64,000 nucleotides of DNA, from assembly GCA_050947035.1 (NCBI GenBank), contig JBMNVW010000001.1, forward strand, positions 48,967-112,966, given 5' to 3'. The DNA is from Patescibacteria group bacterium. Lineage in GTDB: Bacteria; Patescibacteriota; Microgenomatia; 0-14-0-10-38-17. Positions 37,934 through 48,581 of this stretch are shown here, piece after piece (position 1 is the first letter of the stretch; every line of letters begins with the position of its first letter). Below the pieces are notes generated by a model. That model did not search any database and had not been told where the DNA came from. It worked only from the letters and a program-made list of their open reading frames with translations. The position numbers and the translations under genes are program-made.

Positions 37934-39907
37934 TTACTCATTATCCAAACTAAAAACGGGGGCATCATCAATCATCAAAATTCGATTTACGGAAAAATCA
38001 ATTGGACCCCTTAGACTACCGCCGGTAATAATAATTTGATTATCACTAGATACAGACGGATGAGATAAATAAGAATTATCAATATTAGCAAAAATAAGTT
38101 CATCAAAATTAACTTTCCGGCCAAAATTATCCATCGTTACCTTTTCCGCCGAAACGAAAGTAAACCCCAAGGAATAATTAATTCCCTTCTGAGAATCAGC
38201 CAAGAGATTTTCCGGAATCCATAAACCAACAGAATCGCGTGTTTGATGAAAAAATCTTTTAGCAAGAACCGCCTCAATAAACGGAGACCTAAACTCCACC
38301 CTATTAGGCAAATTAGCAATCCCGATAGAATTAACAGTTATTTTAATATGCCTTATCGTTATTCCTTCTCCTTTCGGATCAAAGGGGAAAGTCATTCGCC
38401 ACTCACCTCTCTCGATCGCCTCTGGCGTATTGGCCTGCTCTAACAATCTTCTCCTTACTTCACCAGCCAAAACCAAACCTTGTCCGGAGGAAACACTAGT
38501 CTCATCATCAAATTCAAATAAATACCCGGCATATTCGCCCTCTTTCATATTGTAAGGATTACCAGATTCAGCTCGATAAATTATTTTATCTCCCTCCTCA
38601 AAGGCCGATAAGCCCTCGATAATTGGTGCCCGGTTTAACAAATCCTCCGCGCTAGAACCTCCCATCTCCTCCCACCCCCACGCCTCTTTCTCCTGATCAT
38701 AACTGGCCTTAAAGGTAATTTCTTTGCCTTCCTCGTTTTGGCCGGTAAAGATGAATTGATTATCCTCTCTTTCCAACTGGTATCTATCTTGGACTCCTTG
38801 AGGATAGGGCAAGATAGGATTTTTAATCTGCTCCCCATCAAGCTGGTCAACAAAGGTTAAACCAGCCGCTCGGTAAAGATCAGAAGACAAATCCTGACCA
38901 ACAAGCTTATTTAACTGCCAAATTGTTTTTTGATCAGTATCCGGATCAACAAAAGAAACGGCTCTTTGGACAGGATCATAATCATAACCATTGCCCTCCA
39001 AGAGGTTGGCTAATGTTAGGGCTTGTTTGTTGTCCGGATCAGCCGGGAAGTGAGTAGGAAGAAGGGCCAAATAGTGGCGGGGAGCGCCGCTATCTTCATC
39101 GGCCCGATTATAATCGGTGAAAGCTGTTAAAGCATAAACCAGCTCTGAGCCTTCTTTTCCCTGGTCAATAACCAGCTTGCCTTCTCTATCTTGCTCGAGA
39201 TAGCCCAAAACAGTCATTTGAGTGTCTCTTAAAAGCTCTAACCCTTGAGGAAAAGTCCACTCTGAATAATCTTCTCCAGAAGGATCTTTTGAGGGTAAAT
39301 TTTCAAGCTCCAATCTTAATAGAGTCAGGGGTTTTTCCTGGCCTTCTTTGTCTTCAACCAAACCGGGAAAGGCAATTGTTTCTCCTTCCTTGCCCGGGCA
39401 AAAGAAACCAAGTCGACCCTGATAAGCCCCCAAAGAAACTAGATATTTTAATGAGGTAATAGAATCTTCTGATAAAGAGGCAAAATCAATTTCCTCACCC
39501 CAAGATCGTCTAACATAGTCTTGGCCAAACTGGGCAAAGGAGACCTCTTTCCCTCCATTGTCAATTGTTTCTCCCCCGCCGATACCGGTAAAAGCATTTT
39601 GTAAATATTCCCGGTCAATATCAACCCCCTCCAGTAATTTGGCCTCCGGGGTGGGGGTCACTTCCGGAGTAGGAATGCCGGTGGGTTCTTCGGTAGCTGT
39701 GGGTAATGAGGTAGGCGAGACTTCTTTAGTAGGGGTTTTGCTGGGTTGATCGGTGGGGCTTTTTTCCGGTTGAGAAGAAGGGGTTTCTGGCTGACAACCA
39801 GAACCAACCAAAGCGCTAGCTCCCAAGGCTAAGGCGCCTTTCAAAAACTGCCTTCGAGTAAAGCCTTTCTTTTCTTTAGTCGGCTGGTTCTCTTTCCTGT
39901 TAGCCAT
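37934..39907 (-). CDS. Tat-signal lipoprotein (657 aa, hypothetical extracytoplasmic protein)
   Basis: N-terminus KGFTRRQFLKGALALGASALVGSGC has a twin-arginine motif (T-R-R-Q-F-L-K) followed by a lipobox-like LVGSGC, then a Pro/Thr/Glu-rich linker. Confidence 0.5.
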   Translation of the reverse strand: MANRKENQPTKEKKGFTRRQFLKGALALGASALVGSGCQPETPSSQPEKSPTDQPSKTPTKEVSPTSLPTATEEPTGIPTPEVTPTPEAKLLEGVDIDREYLQNAFTGIGGGETIDNGGKEVSFAQFGQDYVRRSWGEEIDFASLSEDSITSLKYLVSLGAYQGRLGFFCPGKEGETIAFPGLVEDKEGQEKPLTLLRLELENLPSKDPSGEDYSEWTFPQGLELLRDTQMTVLGYLEQDREGKLVIDQGKEGSELVYALTAFTDYNRADEDSGAPRHYLALLPTHFPADPDNKQALTLANLLEGNGYDYDPVQRAVSFVDPDTDQKTIWQLNKLVGQDLSSDLYRAAGLTFVDQLDGEQIKNPILPYPQGVQDRYQLEREDNQFIFTGQNEEGKEITFKASYDQEKEAWGWEEMGGSSAEDLLNRAPIIEGLSAFEEGDKIIYRAESGNPYNMKEGEYAGYLFEFDDETSVSSGQGLVLAGEVRRRLLEQANTPEAIERGEWRMTFPFDPKGEGITIRHIKITVNSIGIANLPNRVEFRSPFIEAVLAKRFFHQTRDSVGLWIPENLLADSQKGINYSLGFTFVSAEKVTMDNFGRKVNFDELIFANIDNSYLSHPSVSSDNQIIITGGSLRGPIDFSVNRILMIDDAPVFSLDNE

Positions 39908-40080
39908 AAAATTTTGATTAAAATATCAAAAAGCCTATAACAAGAACAACTACTTTGCTATAATAAACTTTAATCCCGGCTTTGTCAAGTCTTGCCCCCT
40001 CAACAACCAAGACCCTATAGTAAATGTGGGGTCAATCAAAAATTTCTTGGAAAAGAATATCACGCCCCCCCCAAACCTCC

Positions 40081-40116
40081 AACCCGACCCTTAGGGTTAA
40101 ACAGCTTTGGACCTTT
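40081..40116. repeat. REP-like element, copy F (right half, one mismatch)
   Basis: AACCCGACCCTTAGGGTTAAACAGCTTTGGACCTTTATTC. Confidence 0.65.
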
Positions 40117-40951
40117 ATTCCGGCTTGGAATCCTCAATTTCAGATAGGGCTTCAGAAACGGTAATCATCTTTAAACTTTTTTCTTTAATGCCGGCAGCTA
40201 TGGTTTCTAAACAAGTCGTGTCCCACTTATTCCAGTGAAGAAGAAAAATTGAGCCCCTTTGGGAAGCACCAACAACATGATCGGCCACCTCTTGGGCGAT
40301 AGGTAAAACCGGATCAACCTTAAGATCGTAGTGTCTTAAAATGGCATAATAAGTATCGGCCGACCAAGCAATCGGGCGGTAACCGGCTTCGGCCACGGCA
40401 GCCAAAACCTGTTCGTCTTTATGACCAGCCCCTCCGGGAAAACGAATAAAAGGGTGTTTTTGTTTAACTTTCTCAAGATAATCCTGGCCCAAAACTTCTT
40501 TTGCTGCTTCCTCCCAACGAAAAATTTCTTTCTTAATTTGTTCCGAAGAAAGAGAGGTTAAATAAGTATGGCTATAGGTGTGGTTGCAAATCTCATGGCC
40601 ATCAATGGCCGCCTGCTGCCAAAGATCAGGATAGGCTTCTAACTGCCGGCCAATAACAAAAAAGCTGCTTTTAATTTCATTGGCCCGCAAAACTTCTAAG
40701 CTGGTAGCCACTGATTGACGACAAAAGCCGTCGTCAAAGGTTAGAGCCATTTCCGGACGCTGGCGATTTCCCCAAAAAACAGGCCGATAAACCCTGACTG
40801 GCGCTTCTTTTTCAATAGGAGAATCTTTTTTTATCTGGGGTTCAGGCCAATTAGGAGAAATTTGGTCCAAAAATAAACCGCCCGCCACCCCTCCAGATAA
40901 ACGCAGAAATTCCCGTCGAGAAAATTTGGGTTCTTTTTCACTATCTCTCAT
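40115..40951 (-). CDS. Polysaccharide deacetylase (NodB-homology, CE4) with twin-arginine signal peptide
   Basis: 278 aa; FSRREFLRLSGGVAGGLF Tat-like signal; TFDDG and HTYSH catalytic motifs. Confidence 0.8.
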   Translation of the reverse strand: MRDSEKEPKFSRREFLRLSGGVAGGLFLDQISPNWPEPQIKKDSPIEKEAPVRVYRPVFWGNRQRPEMALTFDDGFCRQSVATSLEVLRANEIKSSFFVIGRQLEAYPDLWQQAAIDGHEICNHTYSHTYLTSLSSEQIKKEIFRWEEAAKEVLGQDYLEKVKQKHPFIRFPGGAGHKDEQVLAAVAEAGYRPIAWSADTYYAILRHYDLKVDPVLPIAQEVADHVVGASQRGSIFLLHWNKWDTTCLETIAAGIKEKSLKMITVSEALSEIEDSKPE

Positions 40952-41085
40952 AAATAATTCTTGCTGAGTAAATAGTCTTGGATCAGGGTTGGCCCAATCT
41001 TACTATTAAAATAACTATAAGTCAACTAATCGATAATCATTTTGGCCCCTTTATCTTGAACCCCTGATCAATTAAAATAAAATCC

Positions 41086-43104
41086 ATGATTAATGATTTT
41101 TTAATTACTTTTTACTGGTGGTTTTTGCTCTTTGCTTTAGGATTAATTTTTTTGCCGATCAGCCAAAAATTATTTAAAAATTTCTTTGACCGGGGCTATT
41201 TGCTCTCCAAAACCATCGCCATTGCTCTTCTTTCCTGGCCAATGTTTTTGCTGGCCCACTTAAAAATTCTACCCTTTAGCCAAATTGGGATCTTATTTCT
41301 TTTGATTTTAGCAATGGCGATTAATATTTTTTTGGCCCAAAAAAAAGCTTTCTTAGATAAAAAACTCATTAAAACCATTATTTTCGAAGAGGGGTTTTTC
41401 TTACTGGCCCTGCTTTCCTGGTCTTATATCCGCAGCCTAAGACCCGACATCGCCGGTTTAGAAAAATTTATGGACTTTGGCTTTATGAAAAGCTTAGTTA
41501 ACAGCCGTTTCTTGCCCCCGACCGATATGTGGTTTGCTGGCCAAACTATTAATTATTATTATTATGGTCATTTTATCGCCGCCCTTTTAACTAAATTCTC
41601 CGGCTTAACGGCTGATATTACCTATAATTTAATGATCGCCACCCTTTTTGCCCTAACTACCACCGGAGTTTTTTCTCTCATTGCCAGTCTTCTTGCCAAG
41701 ATAACCAAAAATAAAAAGACGATTATTTTTGCCGCCCTTATTGGCGCCCTAATTATTGGCCTGGGTAGTAATTTTCACACCCCCTATCATCTTTTAAAAG
41801 ACGGTTTCCAAAATTATTGGTATCCCAATGCCACCCGCTATATCGGTTATGATCCTCCCACCAATGACAAAACTATTCACGAATTTCCTGCTTATTCTTT
41901 TATTGTCGCCGACCTGCATGGTCATGTTTCCGGACTACCATTAGTAATTTTATTTATTGGCCTGGCCTGGTCGATTTTTCAAGAAAAGAAAACCGCTTGG
42001 ACAAAACTTGTTTTTTTGGGTTTTCTTTTAGGACTTGTCTATATGACTAATGCCTGGGATTTGCCAATTTATCTTTTGCTCTTGGGGCTGGTTTTATTAG
42101 TTAAAAAACTAGCCAAAGAAAAGACTTGGCAAGGAAAAAAAACTTTCTTTTCTATCCTATCAATTATTCCACCCCTCCTGGTTGTTATCGGCCTATTTTT
42201 TCTAACCTCCCTGCCTTTTAATCTTAACTTTGACTCCATGGCCGAAGGCGTTGGCCTGGTGCATAGTCAAACTCCCATTTTTCAGCTTATTATTCTTTGG
42301 GGAGCTTTTATGTTTTGGGCAATAAGTTTTCTTGTTTTTCTAAAGCTTTTTCCCCAAACTAAAAACGCTGACCTTTTCATTCTTAGCCTAACCTTAACTG
42401 CCCTAATTTTAATCATCTTGCCGGAAATAATTTATATCAAAGATATTTACGGAGCGGATTTTTACCGGGCTAACACCATGTTTAAGTTCACTTTTCAGGC
42501 CTATTTAATGTTAACGATTGTCTCCGGCTATAGTCTTATTCGCATCAGCCAACAATTAAAAACACCAATCAAAATTATTTTCTTAACAATTAGTTTTGTT
42601 TTAATTTCTGGGGTATTAATTTATCCGGCTTACTCTATTCCAGGTTTTTACGGCAAGATCAGTCTTAAAAATTTTCAAGGCCTGTCAGGACAAAACTTTT
42701 TGGCTCAACGCTACCCAGAAGATTATCAAGCAATTGTCTGGATTGAAAAAAATCTCCCCCAAGAAGCAGTCATTTTGGAGGCCGCCGGAGACAGCTATAC
42801 TGATTATGGCCGAGTGTCCACCTTTACCGGCCGGCCCACTATTCAGGGCTGGATCGTTCATGAATGGCTTTGGCGGGGAGGTTACGATTTACCGGCCAAA
42901 AGGGCTAGCCAAGTTAAGCAGGTCTATCAAGAGGCTAATATTAAACTGGCCCAAAATATTCTAAACCAATATTCGGTCGATTATGTTTTCTTTGGTAAAC
43001 TAGAACAAGAAAAATATCCTAACGCCGATTTTGATCGCCTAAGCCTTCTGGGAAAGCCTGTCTTTAGAGCCGGGGAAACAGTAGTCTTTGAAGTAGGGAA
43101 ATAG
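41086..43104 (+). CDS. Large polytopic membrane protein of the DUF2298 / Chlor_Arch_YYY family (putative GT-C-like)
   Basis: 672 aa, more than 12 TM helices, motif GQTINYYYYGHF (YYY motif). Confidence 0.55.
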   Translation: MINDFLITFYWWFLLFALGLIFLPISQKLFKNFFDRGYLLSKTIAIALLSWPMFLLAHLKILPFSQIGILFLLILAMAINIFLAQKKAFLDKKLIKTIIFEEGFFLLALLSWSYIRSLRPDIAGLEKFMDFGFMKSLVNSRFLPPTDMWFAGQTINYYYYGHFIAALLTKFSGLTADITYNLMIATLFALTTTGVFSLIASLLAKITKNKKTIIFAALIGALIIGLGSNFHTPYHLLKDGFQNYWYPNATRYIGYDPPTNDKTIHEFPAYSFIVADLHGHVSGLPLVILFIGLAWSIFQEKKTAWTKLVFLGFLLGLVYMTNAWDLPIYLLLLGLVLLVKKLAKEKTWQGKKTFFSILSIIPPLLVVIGLFFLTSLPFNLNFDSMAEGVGLVHSQTPIFQLIILWGAFMFWAISFLVFLKLFPQTKNADLFILSLTLTALILIILPEIIYIKDIYGADFYRANTMFKFTFQAYLMLTIVSGYSLIRISQQLKTPIKIIFLTISFVLISGVLIYPAYSIPGFYGKISLKNFQGLSGQNFLAQRYPEDYQAIVWIEKNLPQEAVILEAAGDSYTDYGRVSTFTGRPTIQGWIVHEWLWRGGYDLPAKRASQVKQVYQEANIKLAQNILNQYSVDYVFFGKLEQEKYPNADFDRLSLLGKPVFRAGETVVFEVGK

Positions 43105-43116
43105 TAGCGCTATGGT

Positions 43117-43154
43117 CTGGCGCGAACTGTAAGTTCGCTAGTCCAGTCTTTTTC
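43117..43154 (+). terminator. Rho-independent terminator downstream of the 41086..43104 gene
   Basis: CTGG-C-GCGAAC-TGTAA-GTTCGC-TAGT-CCAG stem-loop followed by TCTTTTTC. Confidence 0.55.
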
Positions 43155-43299
43155 AAAGAGGTTTAAGAAATAAATAATAATTTAAATTAAGCTTGGGATT
43201 TAAAAACTTGTAGTTTATTTGTAATTTGGAATCCTGCCTACCGGCAGGCAGGTTGATATTTGAAATTTATTTTTAATTTGAAAAATTAAAAACTATCTT

Positions 43300-45102
43300 A
43301 TGTCTTTACTCGATTCTCTAAACCCTCAACAAAAAAAAGCCGTTTGCTTTAGCCAGGGACCATTGTTGGTTTTGGCTGGCGCCGGTTCAGGCAAAACTAG
43401 AGTAATTACTTACCGAACCGCCTACTTAATTGAACAAAAACTGGCCAATCCGGACGAAATTCTTTGTATTACCTTCACCAACAAAGCCGCCCAAGAAATG
43501 AGAAAAAGACTAGAAGGATTGCTCTCCTCATCGCCAACTCTTCCCTGGGCCGGCACTTTCCACGCTTTCTGCGCTCGAACGCTGCGAATTGAGGGTGAAG
43601 CCATTGGCATACCGGCCAATTATGTTATTTGGGACAGGAATGATCAATTATCCACTATTAAAAAATTAATCAAGGACAAGAGTAGCAAAAAGTATTCTCC
43701 TAGCACCATTATTAATAATATCTCCAGCGCCAAAAGCGAGCTTATCGGACCGCTTGATTATGCTCGTTTTGCCCAAGGATCGTTTCAGGAACTAATAGCC
43801 GAAATTTATTTAGGCTATCAGAAAGAGCTTCGTCTATCAGGCGCTCTTGATTTTGACGACCTATTGGTAAAAACAGTTAGCCTCTTCGATCAGGCACCAA
43901 AAATTTTAGAAAAATATCAACAAAAATACCGTTATCTTTTTGTTGATGAATACCAAGATACCAATCGAGCCCAATATCGATTAACCAAAATTTTGGCCCA
44001 AAAACATCATAATCTTTGTGTGGTCGCCGATGCTTCGCAGTCTATTTATAGTTGGCGGGGGGCCGATTATCGCAATATCAATCGCTTATCAAAAGATTTT
44101 CCCCAAATTAAAACTATTAACCTAGAACAAAATTATCGCTCTACTCAAAATATTCTTGATGCTGCTTATCACGTTATTATTCAAAATCGATCCCATCCGA
44201 TTCTTGATCTTTGGACCAAGAATAACCAAGGAGAAAAGGTTGACCTTTATCAAGCCCAAAGTGCCCAAGACGAGGCTCGTTTTATTACGGAAAAAATTTT
44301 AGAGCTAAAAAAAAGGGGCTTTTCTCTAAATGAATGCGCTGTTCTTTATCGGACCAACGCTCAATCTCGAAGTCTGGAAGAAGCACTACTTCATTATAAT
44401 ATACCGTATCATCTGGTCGGCGGTTTTCGCTTTTATGAGCGTAAAGAAATCAAAGATGTTTTGGCTTTTTTAAAAATTATTGCCAACCCTAAAGACTTAG
44501 CTTCAAAAAGAAGGGTCGAGAAAATCGGCAAAAGAATTTCGGCAGCTATCAAAACCTTAACTAAAGACGAAGCTAATCAAAAATTAAAAACAAGCGAAAT
44601 TATTAATTTGGTTTTATCTAAAACTAACTATTTATCCCGCTTTAAAGTCGAAAACGAAGAAGACTTGGGCCGACTAGAAAATATTGAAGAGTTAAAAAGC
44701 GTTGCCCTTGAATTCCCTGATTTAAATAAATTTTTAGAAAATATTGCTCTAATGGAACAAGAATATTTCCCTCAAGGAAAAATAAAAGAAAAAGAAACAG
44801 AATCAGAAAAGGTTACTCTAATGACCCTTCACGCCGCCAAGGGCACTGAGTTTGGAGCGGTTTTTTTGGCCGGCTTTGAAGAAGGATTATTGCCTCACTC
44901 TCGGTCCTTATTTGAAAAAGAGGCCTTAGAAGAAGAGCGGAGGCTGGCTTATGTTGGCATTACTCGAGCCAAAAGAAAATTATTCTTAACTTATGCTTCT
45001 TCTAGATTAATCTTTGGCCGAAATCAAACTAATGGACCATCAAGGTTTTTGGCCGATATTCCCGAAGAAATAATTAATCAAGAGACTACTTCGTGGCTTT
45101 AA
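43300..45102 (+). CDS. pcrA: ATP-dependent DNA helicase PcrA/UvrD (compact form)
   Basis: 600 aa, SF1 helicase motifs (AGAGSGKT, DEYQDTN, ...VGITRAK...). Confidence 0.9.
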   Translation: MSLLDSLNPQQKKAVCFSQGPLLVLAGAGSGKTRVITYRTAYLIEQKLANPDEILCITFTNKAAQEMRKRLEGLLSSSPTLPWAGTFHAFCARTLRIEGEAIGIPANYVIWDRNDQLSTIKKLIKDKSSKKYSPSTIINNISSAKSELIGPLDYARFAQGSFQELIAEIYLGYQKELRLSGALDFDDLLVKTVSLFDQAPKILEKYQQKYRYLFVDEYQDTNRAQYRLTKILAQKHHNLCVVADASQSIYSWRGADYRNINRLSKDFPQIKTINLEQNYRSTQNILDAAYHVIIQNRSHPILDLWTKNNQGEKVDLYQAQSAQDEARFITEKILELKKRGFSLNECAVLYRTNAQSRSLEEALLHYNIPYHLVGGFRFYERKEIKDVLAFLKIIANPKDLASKRRVEKIGKRISAAIKTLTKDEANQKLKTSEIINLVLSKTNYLSRFKVENEEDLGRLENIEELKSVALEFPDLNKFLENIALMEQEYFPQGKIKEKETESEKVTLMTLHAAKGTEFGAVFLAGFEEGLLPHSRSLFEKEALEEERRLAYVGITRAKRKLFLTYASSRLIFGRNQTNGPSRFLADIPEEIINQETTSWL

Positions 45103-45382
45103 TTTCAAAACCGGAGAAAAAATTCTTGTTAATTTTTTTCCGATCAATTATTTCAATATCGTCCACTCTGGCCAAGGGCGAGCCTTGGTTTAGCCAAGCC
45201 AAAAAATCCTCTATCTTATCTTTTGGGCCAATCGCCTTAATTTCCACTCGACCATCCGTCCGATTTCTTACCCAACCAGACAAATCTAGTTTTTGAGCTT
45301 TCTGGCGAGTAAAAAAACGAAAACCAACCCCTTGCACCCGACCGGAAATAAAAAGGTGAATTTTAATCATCTTGAAAAACAA
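45086..45382 (-). CDS. acyP: Acylphosphatase
   Basis: 98 aa, GRVQGVGFR signature. Confidence 0.85.
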   Translation of the reverse strand: MFFKMIKIHLFISGRVQGVGFRFFTRQKAQKLDLSGWVRNRTDGRVEIKAIGPKDKIEDFLAWLNQGSPLARVDDIEIIDRKKINKNFFSGFEIKATK

Positions 45383-45441
45383 TTCATTATTATATAGCTG
45401 CTCTTTGAATTTGTTTTATCAGTAAGTTATTATAACAACTA

Positions 45442-46431
45442 ATGAAGGCTAATATAAACACCAACCCCGAACAAAAAAAATACGACTCGCTGGTTACTCA
45501 TCCCATCCAATCTTGGGCTTGGGGCCAATTTCGTCAAAAAATGGGCGCCCAGGTTGACCGCTTTATAATTGAAAAATTGGCCGGGGAAGTCTTTTTTTAT
45601 CAACTGCCCCTACTGCCATTCACCATCGGCCATTGCCCTAAAGTTAACTTTATTAATCAAAATTTAATCGATCATCTTACTTTACTTGGCCAAAAAAGAA
45701 AAGCCTTGTTTATTAAAATTGAACCTCATCTTTTGGCCAATCAAGAAAGAGAAAAAAAATTGATTGGGTGGGGTTTAAAAAGAGGTAAAGAAATTTTCTC
45801 TCAATACACCATGATTGTTGATTTAACCCAAAGCAAAGATCAGCTTTTAGCTGGCTTTAATTCCAAAACTCGCTATAATATTCGCTTGGCCAAAAGAAAG
45901 GGGGTAAAAATAATCGAAGATAATTCCCCAGCGGCTTTTAGGATCTATTGGCAATTAACCAAAAAAACTACCGCCAGGCAAGGATTTTATGCTCATAATT
46001 ACCAGTATCATGAAAAAATGTGGCAAACCATGAGTCAAGCCGGCATTGCCCACCTCTTTCGAGCCGAATTTCAAAAAGAAACTTTGGCCACTTGGATTCT
46101 TTTCAAGTTTAAAGACGCCCTTTATTATCCTTATGGGGCCTCCTCTAGAAAAAATCGCCAAGTTATGCCTTCAAATTTATTAATGTGGGAGGCTATTTTG
46201 TTTGGCAAAAAAAATGGCTGTCGGGAGTTTGATCTTTGGGGAACACCAGGACCAAATCCTAAAAAGACGGACCCCTGGTATGGTTTTCATCGTTTTAAAG
46301 CCGGCTATAGCCCTGAGATTATTAAACTCGTTGGTGCTTATGATTTTGTCATTCGCCCTGGCCTATATCGACTCTATCAAACAAGCGATTATCTTCGCCG
46401 CCAATTTCTAAAACTGAAAACCCGTCTTTAA
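45442..46431 (+). CDS. FemAB-family peptidoglycan interpeptide-bridge aminoacyltransferase
   Basis: 329 aa; NSKTRYNIRLAKRKGV and the overall FemX/FemA pattern. Confidence 0.7.
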   Translation: MKANINTNPEQKKYDSLVTHPIQSWAWGQFRQKMGAQVDRFIIEKLAGEVFFYQLPLLPFTIGHCPKVNFINQNLIDHLTLLGQKRKALFIKIEPHLLANQEREKKLIGWGLKRGKEIFSQYTMIVDLTQSKDQLLAGFNSKTRYNIRLAKRKGVKIIEDNSPAAFRIYWQLTKKTTARQGFYAHNYQYHEKMWQTMSQAGIAHLFRAEFQKETLATWILFKFKDALYYPYGASSRKNRQVMPSNLLMWEAILFGKKNGCREFDLWGTPGPNPKKTDPWYGFHRFKAGYSPEIIKLVGAYDFVIRPGLYRLYQTSDYLRRQFLKLKTRL

Positions 46432-46477
46432 CCTCTTTAGAAAAAATGCCAAAGAAGGCGTGGTAAAATTAGCCAAC

Positions 46478-46500
46478 ACGGGAAAAACCCCGTATTTTTT
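46478..46500 (+). terminator. Rho-independent terminator after the femAB-family gene
   Basis: ACGGG-AAAAAC-CCCGT stem-loop followed by ATTTTTT. Confidence 0.55.
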
Positions 46501-46508
46501 AAACCAAA

Positions 46509-47321
46509 ATGAAAATCGGCGTTTTTGATTCTGGCTTAGGGGGTTTGTCAATTTTAAAAGCTTTTAGAGAAAACCTTCCCCAATACAAATATCTTTATCT
46601 TGGCGATAATCTTCATGTCCCCTATGGCAATCAAAACCCGGAAAAAATTACCAATTGGGCCAGAAAAATTATCCCTTTTTTTATCGAAAAAGAATGCCCT
46701 TTGGTAATTTTTGCCTGCAATACTATCACTGCCACTTCTTTACCTAAAATCCAAAAAGAATTTGCCAATCAAGTTAAGGTTTTGGGAATTGTTAGGCCAA
46801 CAACAGAGTTTCTCCTTAGTCAAAGAGGCAAAAAAATTGGTCTTATCGGTACCACTAATACTATTAACTCCAATATTTTTAATCGAGATTTGGCCAAAAT
46901 AAATCAAGGCAAAACAATTAAATTTTATCAACATGATTGTCCCGGCCTGGTAAAAGAGATTGAAAAAGGCGCTTTCTATTCTAAAAAGTTAAAAAGATCT
47001 CTTCGCTCCTGTCTTGGCCCTTTACAAAAAAAGGAAATTAATCTCCTGGTTCTGGGTTGTACCCACTATAATCTAATTACCGACCAGATACAGGCTCTTT
47101 TACCCAAAACAAAAATTATTACTCAAGGGGCAATCGCCAGCCAAAAACTAGCTCAATATTTAAAAAAACACTTCGATATCGACCAAAAACTAGGCAAACA
47201 AAAAAAATTAGCCCTATATTTTACTAAAGAAAATGATAATTATCCTTCTTTAGTCAACTTAATTCTAGGTGAAGAGCATCAATATACTAAATTAAAGAAG
47301 GCAAAAATCGACTTTGAATAA
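46509..47321 (+). CDS. murI: Glutamate racemase
   Basis: 270 aa; GVFDSGLGGL, ACNTITA and GCTHY motifs. Confidence 0.9.
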   Translation: MKIGVFDSGLGGLSILKAFRENLPQYKYLYLGDNLHVPYGNQNPEKITNWARKIIPFFIEKECPLVIFACNTITATSLPKIQKEFANQVKVLGIVRPTTEFLLSQRGKKIGLIGTTNTINSNIFNRDLAKINQGKTIKFYQHDCPGLVKEIEKGAFYSKKLKRSLRSCLGPLQKKEINLLVLGCTHYNLITDQIQALLPKTKIITQGAIASQKLAQYLKKHFDIDQKLGKQKKLALYFTKENDNYPSLVNLILGEEHQYTKLKKAKIDFE

Positions 47322-47328
47322 AAAGAAA

Positions 47329-48366
47329 TCATTTTTCTAAAGAAATTCTCTTGGCCTGATAATCAAGATCAACATCTTCTGCTGAAGTTACCAGTGTCTG
47401 ATGATTAACAAAACTGGCTACCACCAACTTCTTATGTTCCTTGTCAAGTTCAGAAAAAATATCATCCAACAATAAAACCGGCCGTTTTTTAGTCATCTCT
47501 TCTAAGAATCTTAATTGGGCTAATTTTAGCCAAAGCACGCTTAATCTTTGTTCTCCCCGACTACCAAAAACAGCCAAACCCCGATCACCAGCAAAAACTA
47601 AAAAATCGTCTCGATGGGGACCAAAAAGAGTTTGGCCAGCGGCAATTTCAGCTGATTGTTTTTCCGATAATTTTTTAGGAGAAATAAGGCTGGGTTGATA
47701 AACTAATTTATAGCCAGCCGCCGACTCCTGCTGATTAACAAACTCTATTAAATTCCTTCTTTCTTGATTAATTTTTTGGCCATTTTCTATTAAAAGACGA
47801 TTCCAAAAAAACAAGGCCTTGGCTTCGGCTTGGCCATTTCTAATCTGTTCCAAAACCTTGTTTCGAGAACGCAAACCCTTTAGATAAGAACGCCTGGATC
47901 GATAATAATCTTTATCAGCCTGATCTAAAACATCATCTAAAAACCGCCTCCTAAAAGAAGGCGAGTCAGTAACAATATCCAAGTCTTGAGGGGAAAAAAG
48001 AACTGTTAGCAAATTGCCGACAAACTTGCTTTGGCTTCTTTTATTGCCATCAACAGAAAATTGCCTTAAAGGAGTTTTTTTACCATTAATTTCGCCTCGA
48101 GATAACACCGAAACCAAATTTTTTTCTTCCTGATCTCGACTGACCAAAGCCTTAACATGAGCCACTGGTGATTGATGGTTAATCATTTGAACAATTTTAC
48201 TGGCTCGAAAGCTTTTGCCAACTGAAAGAAGGACCACCGCCTCTAAAAGATTGGTTTTTCCAGAAGCGTTAGGGCCCAAAATCAAATTAATACCATCAGA
48301 AAAAGAAAAACTCTTTTCCTCTTTATAATTGCGAAAATCGGTTAAAGATAATTCTTTTAAAAACAT
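47329..48366 (-). CDS. recF: DNA replication and repair protein RecF
   Basis: 345 aa; Walker A GPNASGKTN and an SMC-like architecture. Confidence 0.9.
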   Translation of the reverse strand: MFLKELSLTDFRNYKEEKSFSFSDGINLILGPNASGKTNLLEAVVLLSVGKSFRASKIVQMINHQSPVAHVKALVSRDQEEKNLVSVLSRGEINGKKTPLRQFSVDGNKRSQSKFVGNLLTVLFSPQDLDIVTDSPSFRRRFLDDVLDQADKDYYRSRRSYLKGLRSRNKVLEQIRNGQAEAKALFFWNRLLIENGQKINQERRNLIEFVNQQESAAGYKLVYQPSLISPKKLSEKQSAEIAAGQTLFGPHRDDFLVFAGDRGLAVFGSRGEQRLSVLWLKLAQLRFLEEMTKKRPVLLLDDIFSELDKEHKKLVVASFVNHQTLVTSAEDVDLDYQAKRISLEK

Positions 48367-48581
48367 TCTAATTAATTTTCAATTTTTAATGATTTAATGT
48401 TTCTTCCTCCGTCATCATGAGCCTTCGGCGAAGGATCTTATTCTTAATTACCTTCTCGGTCGAGATTCTTCGAGAGTACTCTCAGAATGACGAAAACTGA
48501 GTTTTTTATTTTTAACTTTGCCCCAACACCACGTGGGGTGTGGGGCAACCCTGAACCCGACGTGGTTCACGGGTTGGACTG

